From: an uncultured delta proteobacterium
GTDB taxonomy: Bacteria > Myxococcota_A > Polyangia > Polyangiales > Polyangiaceae
Direction of reading: 5' to 3'
Assembly (NCBI GenBank): GCA_963841435.1
Contig: CAWJCS010000006.1
Coordinates: 32,001 to 96,000 of the forward strand
DNA: 64,000 nt
Part shown: piece after piece, positions 58,650 through 64,000 of the stretch
Numbering within the stretch: the stretch's first letter is position 1
How the letters are laid out: every line of letters starts with the position of its first letter
Made by a program: the position numbers and the translations under genes
The notes under the pieces: generated by a model
Seen by the model: only the letters and a program-made list of their open reading frames with translations
Database searches by the model: none
Told to the model about the DNA's origin: nothing

Positions 58650-61600
58650 TCAATCGGGAACGGGAATGAAAACGCAGTAATTCCCAGTTCTTACGGACCG
58701 CTCCAAAAACGTCGCGAGCTTTTGGTCGTGCTCGCCGAAGCGCTCGATGGCGTGCCGGATGCGGCGCTGAACGGCGCTCCGCGCTCGTTCGGCCGCGGCG
58801 CCGGCCTTGCGGGCCCGGCCGCCGAGCCCGACGGCACGGCTGAGCTCCCGCCCGAGAAACTCAATCTCCTCGCGCGCGCGTGCGGCGCGTGCCGTGTCGC
58901 CGAACGACTCGGCCTCTGCGAGCGTGTCTTTGAGATCCTCGAGTCTTCGCCGGTAGCTCTCCCTTGCCGACTCGTCGAGCAGCTCGCCCGCGTCGCCCTG
59001 GTCGGCGAGCTCGCTCGGGTCGCTCGTGCCCTGCCGCTCGCGGACGAGCTCGAGCACGTGCACCTCTCGGCCGGGCGCTTCGAGCAGCCGGGCGAGGTAC
59101 TGGAGCCCGAGGCTCGATTTGAGGCGGAGCGTCTCGGTCTGGTAGGTGACGCTATAGTAGTCGCCCTCCAGTACGAGGGTGACCGGCGAGCGCGGGGGAG
59201 ACTCACCAGTGCCGGGCGGCGCGCTCACGGGCGGGTCGCTCGGCGCACGCGCGGACGCAGTGCTCGGCGACGGGCCGGCGCCGAGCGCGGCGAGGCGCCG
59301 AGCGACGTGCCCCAGCAAGCCCGGCATATCGAGCGATTCGGCGCGGCCGCGCGCCGCTTCGAAGAGCGCGCGGGCCCGCTCGGCATCGCCCGGGGCGGCG
59401 CGCTCGGCGAACATTCGGCCGAATTCGTACTCGGTGCGCGCCAGGTAGGGCAGGGCGTCGAGCTTCCCGAGGCGCGCGATGGCGTCCTCGAACGCGACGC
59501 TCGCCTCGTCGTAGCGGCAGAGCCGCGCGAGCAACAGGGCGACGAAGCGCGCGCGCGGTCCTTCCCACGCGACGTAGCTCCAGCTGAGCGCCAGGTACTC
59601 GTCCGGGCACTGCTCGACGAGCCGCAAGAGCTTCGCCGCTTGCTCCTCCGTGCCACCAACCGCAGCCATCTCGACGAGGAAGAAGAGGGAAAACAGATTC
59701 ATCGGGAAGGCCGTCGGGATGATCTGGTAGTAGGCCGCTGCCTGCTCGGCCTCCTCGCGGCGCGCGTGGGCGAGGCCCGCGTGGAGCGCCTGCCACACGG
59801 ACGAGAAGCGGAAGTCGCTGCGCTCGCGTCGCGACATCGCGCCGCTCGTGAGAAGCTCGTCGTGACGCTCACGCGCGCGAAGGTACGATTCGCGGCACGA
59901 CAGGTAGAGCCCCTCGACGACGGGGTCACCGGCGGCCTTGCCGAGCTCGAGCGCTTCTTCGAGGTAGCGCTCGGCGTCGGCGAAACGCCCGTGCATGGTG
60001 GCGCGGACGGCTCGGAAGAAGCGGCTGCGAAAGGCCAGCCACGGCGCGGCAAGCTCCTCGGCGAGCGCCTCGTAGGCTTCCGTGCGTGCGTCGGCGAGCT
60101 CGAGCTCACCATGGCTCAGGTGCACGAAGAACAGCCGACCTTGCGTGCGGAGCAGGCGTTCGCGATCGCCGAGCTCGCGGCAGAGCTTGTCGGCTTCGAG
60201 ATTCAACGCGTAGACCTCGGCGGGCGGGGCGCAGTCCATCATCGCGGAGATCGAATCGTGCAGGACCTCGAGCAGCGTCTGCTTGTCGCCGAGCCGGCGC
60301 GCCGTCAGGATGGCGTCGCGCGCCACGCCCACGGGCTCGGCAACGACCGCTGCCGGTTGCAGCGCCCCCGCGAGCCGCCCGAGTAGCCGTGCGCGGAGCG
60401 CACTGTCGCCGGGCGGCAGCGCCTCGAGCGACGACTCGAGCATGCCGATCAGCACGGGGTCTATGTTGCCGAACGTGAACACCCGCCCATAGACGAGCGC
60501 CGCGTGCGCCGCGAGGTCGGCGTCGCCGAGCGAGCGCGCGATGCCTGCCGCTTCGCGGCAATGGCGCTTGCCCGCCGCCCCGTCGGCGCGACGGATGCAG
60601 GCCTCGCCGAGCGCCACGAGCACCGAGGCGCGGAGAGCCGGCGGGTTCCCCCGACTTTGGACCGATTCGAGTGCCCGTTCGAGGGCCTCCACGGCGTCGT
60701 CGTAGGCAAAAAGCTCCTGGGCCCGACTCGCGGCGAGGAGGGCGTGCTCGACGCCCCGTTCGAGGAGCTCGGGCGGCCCCTCGAGCGCGTGGTGCGCGAT
60801 CTTGTCGTGTGGGACCGCGTCGTCGACGAGCGCGCTCCGCTCGAGCGCCGTCGCGACGCTCCCGTGCAGCTCCCGGCGCCGCTCCGGCGAAAGCTCGCGG
60901 TACAACACCTCGCGGAAGAGCGCGTGGCCGAAGCGCCGCCGGTCACCGAGCTCGACGAGCAAACCGACGCGCGCCGCTTCGGCGAGCGCGCCCGCCACAC
61001 CGAGGGCGTCGGTGCCGGCGGCCGCTGCGACGAGCGCCGGGTCGATTTCGTCGCCGATGACGGCTCCGATCTCGAGCAGCCCTCGCGTCTCGGCGCTGAC
61101 GCGCGTGAGACGCTGGCCGATCACGTCACGAACGCCGTGCGGTACGACACCCGCTTCGATCGACCCCGGTCCCTGCTCGGCGTAGAGCCTGAGCATCTCC
61201 TCGAGAAAGAGCGGATTGCCCTGGGCCCGCTCGAGGATGCGGTCGCTCACGCGTCCGGCGACGTGCGCGGTGTGGGCCTTGACGAGGTCGAGGGCGTCCT
61301 GAACGTCGAGGCGGCCGAGCGACAGCACGCTGCCCTCCCGGCCGATGCGCGCCAATAGCTCGCTGGTTTCGGCGTCCTTGCGCGCCTCTGCGTCGCGGCA
61401 CGTCGCGATCACGAGCAGTTTGAGGCCGCGTAGCTCGCGTGCCAGAAAATGGAGCAGCAGCAGCGACGAGCGGTCTGCCGCGTGCAGGTCGTCGAGCACG
61501 ATGGCAAGACCGTGCCCCGACAGACGCGAGGCTTCGCGCGCGAGCGCGACAATCGCCCGGAAGACGCGAAAGCGCGCCTCGTCCGCCGGCGGGTGGGCGC

Positions 61601-61997
61601 CCGTCGACATTGGCGGCAGGCGACGGCGAAGCTCCGGCAGGATCTCCGCGAGCAGCGGTGCGCCGTCGCCGAGCGTAGCGGCGAGCACGGCGTCGTCGAG
61701 GTCGCGGGCTATCGACGAGAGCACGCCGAGCCATGGCCAGTATGCCGGCGCCCCGCCCGATTCCCAGCAGCGCCCCCAGTGCACGGTGAATCCGCGCGCC
61801 TTGGCGAGTGCCGTCGCCGCGTCGGCCAGGCTCGTCTTGCCGATGCCCGGCTCGCCCGCCAAGAGCAGCAGTCGACCTTTTTCGCTCTCGGCGTCCGCGA
61901 GCGCCCGAGCTATCGTCGAAAGCTCCCGCGTCCGCCCGATGAGCCTACGACCGTGAGGGTCGGCGACGGGCTCGCTTTCGGCGTTCGTGCGGGGCAC
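58650..61997 (-). CDS. STAND-class AAA ATPase / TPR regulator with C-terminal putative DNA-binding domain
   Basis: LIGRTREL, GEPGIGKT (Walker A), VLDDLHAAD (Walker B), GNPLF, helical repeats, C-terminal GLQYLARLL...ERARSAV...VRTG. Confidence 0.85.
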   Translation of the reverse strand: MPRTNAESEPVADPHGRRLIGRTRELSTIARALADAESEKGRLLLLAGEPGIGKTSLADAATALAKARGFTVHWGRCWESGGAPAYWPWLGVLSSIARDLDDAVLAATLGDGAPLLAEILPELRRRLPPMSTGAHPPADEARFRVFRAIVALAREASRLSGHGLAIVLDDLHAADRSSLLLLHFLARELRGLKLLVIATCRDAEARKDAETSELLARIGREGSVLSLGRLDVQDALDLVKAHTAHVAGRVSDRILERAQGNPLFLEEMLRLYAEQGPGSIEAGVVPHGVRDVIGQRLTRVSAETRGLLEIGAVIGDEIDPALVAAAAGTDALGVAGALAEAARVGLLVELGDRRRFGHALFREVLYRELSPERRRELHGSVATALERSALVDDAVPHDKIAHHALEGPPELLERGVEHALLAASRAQELFAYDDAVEALERALESVQSRGNPPALRASVLVALGEACIRRADGAAGKRHCREAAGIARSLGDADLAAHAALVYGRVFTFGNIDPVLIGMLESSLEALPPGDSALRARLLGRLAGALQPAAVVAEPVGVARDAILTARRLGDKQTLLEVLHDSISAMMDCAPPAEVYALNLEADKLCRELGDRERLLRTQGRLFFVHLSHGELELADARTEAYEALAEELAAPWLAFRSRFFRAVRATMHGRFADAERYLEEALELGKAAGDPVVEGLYLSCRESYLRARERHDELLTSGAMSRRERSDFRFSSVWQALHAGLAHARREEAEQAAAYYQIIPTAFPMNLFSLFFLVEMAAVGGTEEQAAKLLRLVEQCPDEYLALSWSYVAWEGPRARFVALLLARLCRYDEASVAFEDAIARLGKLDALPYLARTEYEFGRMFAERAAPGDAERARALFEAARGRAESLDMPGLLGHVARRLAALGAGPSPSTASARAPSDPPVSAPPGTGESPPRSPVTLVLEGDYYSVTYQTETLRLKSSLGLQYLARLLEAPGREVHVLELVRERQGTSDPSELADQGDAGELLDESARESYRRRLEDLKDTLAEAESFGDTARAARAREEIEFLGRELSRAVGLGGRARKAGAAAERARSAVQRRIRHAIERFGEHDQKLATFLERSVRTGNYCVFIPVPD

Positions 61998-62081
61998 GGC
62001 GCCATTGTACAGAAGGTGCGCGCTGCGGCGCGCTGGGACCGGTGTGCTAAACTGGGGCTTCCTTAAGGTCGGAGGGACTCC

Positions 62082-62858
62082 ATGGCATCGTCGAGCACAC
62101 CCGTTGCCCTATCGAGCGCAACGTTCATCCTTTTGCTTGCGGGCGGGGCCGTCGCTGAGCAGGCCCCGGTGGCCCCGGCGCCGACCGTGAGCGCCGCACC
62201 GGCGCCGAGCCCGCCGTCCGCCGCCGCCCCTGCAGGTTCGTCAACGCCGCCGGTCGGTGCCGCTCCGGCCGCGGCGGTCGCGACGGCACCGGCGCCGCCG
62301 CCACCTCCTGGCTACGCCGTCCCGCCGGGATACATGCTCGTCCCGGCTCCGACTCCCGAGGCCCAGACCCGCTACGACGTGCAGTATCCGCAGGGGCGCG
62401 GCGCGCTGCCGCCGGGCATGGAGCTTCCCTACGTCGAAGGCGAGCCGATCCCGCCGGGCTACCGCTTGGTGGAGCAACGTCGGCGGGGTCTCATCATCGC
62501 GGGCTCGATCGTGCTCGGGGTGCCATGGGTGTTCGGCGTCACCGCGGCGACCGCCGCGGATTTCAAAGACGGCACGGGGCTCCTGCTCATCCCGGTTCTG
62601 GGTCCGTGGCTGACGCTCACCACGGACGTCGCTCGCGATAAACCCTGCGACCCCGGGACTCTCGTCTGCGAGACACGGGCGGCCACGCGCGCTGTGCTCG
62701 TGCTCGACGGCATGGTGCAGGCGGGCGGCGCCGCGATGCTGGTCGTCGGGCTCTTCGTGCCGAAAAAGCGGCTGGTCCGTCGCAACGTCATCGTGAGCGT
62801 CGCCCCTCTGGCCGTGGGGCGCGACGGCTACGGATTGGGCGTCTCGGGCAGCTTCTGA
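62082..62858 (+). CDS. Hypothetical exported Pro-rich membrane protein
   Basis: GGAGG SD, signal peptide, Pro-rich region, LPYVEGEPIPPGY, Gly-rich TMs, ends GVSGSF. Confidence 0.7.
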   Translation: MASSSTPVALSSATFILLLAGGAVAEQAPVAPAPTVSAAPAPSPPSAAAPAGSSTPPVGAAPAAAVATAPAPPPPPGYAVPPGYMLVPAPTPEAQTRYDVQYPQGRGALPPGMELPYVEGEPIPPGYRLVEQRRRGLIIAGSIVLGVPWVFGVTAATAADFKDGTGLLLIPVLGPWLTLTTDVARDKPCDPGTLVCETRAATRAVLVLDGMVQAGGAAMLVVGLFVPKKRLVRRNVIVSVAPLAVGRDGYGLGVSGSF

Positions 62859-62889
62859 CGCCTCGCTCTCGCTCGACGCCGCTGGGGCT

Positions 62890-64000
62890 CTAGCTCGGCC
62901 GCGCGCGCCCCTGGAAGTCCACGGCCACGACGCTGTCGCCCGAGCTGGAAGCGCCGGGCTCTTGCGCTCGCCGGCTCCGGTCGAGCACCTCGGCCGCGCG
63001 CTCTTGCCACCAGCGCGCCGCGTCCGCCTCCGTCCACGGGGTCACGTCGTCGCAAGCGGTGAGGGCGCTCGAGAGGTCCACGGCGCTCACGGGTCGCGCC
63101 TCGGGCTTCTTCGCCAGGCAGCGCAGAATCACCGCTTCGAATTGGCTCGGTAGCGAACGCCCGAGCCGCTCGGAAGGCGGTTGGGGATCGACGTGCAGCG
63201 TGTTGGCGAGCACGGAAACCACCGTTTCGCCCCGGAAAGGCGGCGAGCCGGTTGCAAGGAAATAGCCGAGCGCACCGAGCGCGTAGATGTCGGTTCGCGC
63301 ATCGACGGTCTCGGGGGCCGTGACGGCCTCGGGGGCCATGTAGTGCGGCGTTCCGAGCGGGGTGTCAACGGCGGTCAGTAAGGGGTCCGGCCCCCGGAGT
63401 TGCTTGGCGAGCCCGAAGTCCAACACTTTCACGAAGTCCGGGATGTCGCCCCGCACGCAAAGTTGCAGGTTTGCCGGCTTGATGTCGCGATGAACGACGC
63501 CCCGGCGGTGCGCCTCGGCGAGCGCACCGCACGCCTGACGGAGCAAGTGCACGACGCGCCCGGGTGGCTGAGGGCCGTCGTGATCGACGAGTTGTTCGAA
63601 CGAGACGCCGTCGAGATACTCCATGGCGTAGTAGAAGCTTCCGTCCGCCGTGCGCCCAAAATCGTAAATGGCAACCGTGTTCGGGTGCGTGAGCCGGCTG
63701 GTTTCGAGCACCTCGCGCTCGAATCGCGCGAGCCCGGTTGCGCCAGCGCGTTGCATCGGCAGGAGCTTGATGGCCGTCGGGCGTCGCAGAAATGCGTGGT
63801 TCGCGCGGTACACGACGCCCATCCCGCCCTCGCCGAGCTTGCCTTCGAGCGTGTACTGGCCGAGTCGCTCGGCCGCTCGCACCTGGGCGCGAAGATTGTA
63901 GATGACTCGCGAGATCAAGACGGGGATCGGAATCACCACGACGCTCACGAGCGTCGTCCCGAGAGCGAAGTTCGCGGCGTCCAGCGTCCGATACTGGTGG
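62890..64000 (-). CDS. Ser/Thr protein kinase with N-terminal TM region; start lies beyond the window
   Basis: LGEGGMGVVY, TAIK, HRDIKPAN, DFGLAK, GTPHYMAPE. Confidence 0.92.
   Translation of the reverse strand, partial: HQYRTLDAANFALGTTLVSVVVIPIPVLISRVIYNLRAQVRAAERLGQYTLEGKLGEGGMGVVYRANHAFLRRPTAIKLLPMQRAGATGLARFEREVLETSRLTHPNTVAIYDFGRTADGSFYYAMEYLDGVSFEQLVDHDGPQPPGRVVHLLRQACGALAEAHRRGVVHRDIKPANLQLCVRGDIPDFVKVLDFGLAKQLRGPDPLLTAVDTPLGTPHYMAPEAVTAPETVDARTDIYALGALGYFLATGSPPFRGETVVSVLANTLHVDPQPPSERLGRSLPSQFEAVILRCLAKKPEARPVSAVDLSSALTACDDVTPWTEADAARWWQERAAEVLDRSRRAQEPGASSSGDSVVAVDFQGRARPS

Noticed and set aside
959-63901. Numerous long Arg/Ala/Pro-rich alternative-frame and antisense ORFs (e.g. 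9483-11285, 50711-52663, 58722-60386)
   Set aside because: Shadow ORFs expected from stop-codon scarcity at high GC; they overlap well-supported genes and show no domain motifs.

Overview
Very GC-rich bacterial chromosomal window. The gene content (many Gly/Ser-linker lipoproteins, Pkn Ser/Thr kinases, a STAND regulator, Pro-rich membrane proteins) suggests a myxobacterium, probably Polyangiaceae-like; this is an inference. No rRNA, tRNA, CRISPR array or intact mobile element was seen. Main content: (i) lipoprotein-anchored polysaccharide enzymes (Cip1-like, two CE12/SGNH esterases, GH12, GH45, a deleted GH5); (ii) ppc, htpG, an msrB-msrA fusion, trmO and a pirin; (iii) a complete guanidine-assimilation cluster (ABC importer, cgdA/cgdB, guanidine-type 'urea' carboxylase, allophanate hydrolase). 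The cluster carries an unusual guanidine-II (mini-ykkC) riboswitch inside the operon and has a catalytically dead histidine-kinase homolog transcribed divergently from it; (iv) a c-di-GMP cyclase/phosphodiesterase pair; (v) a transglutaminase-like protease + membrane patatin pair; (vi) a STAND regulator / small peptide / OsmC / secreted tandem-AhpD operon. Six single-base frameshifts in otherwise intact genes look like read or assembly errors, and three genes show large deletions. All product calls rest on motifs recognised by eye; no database search was run.
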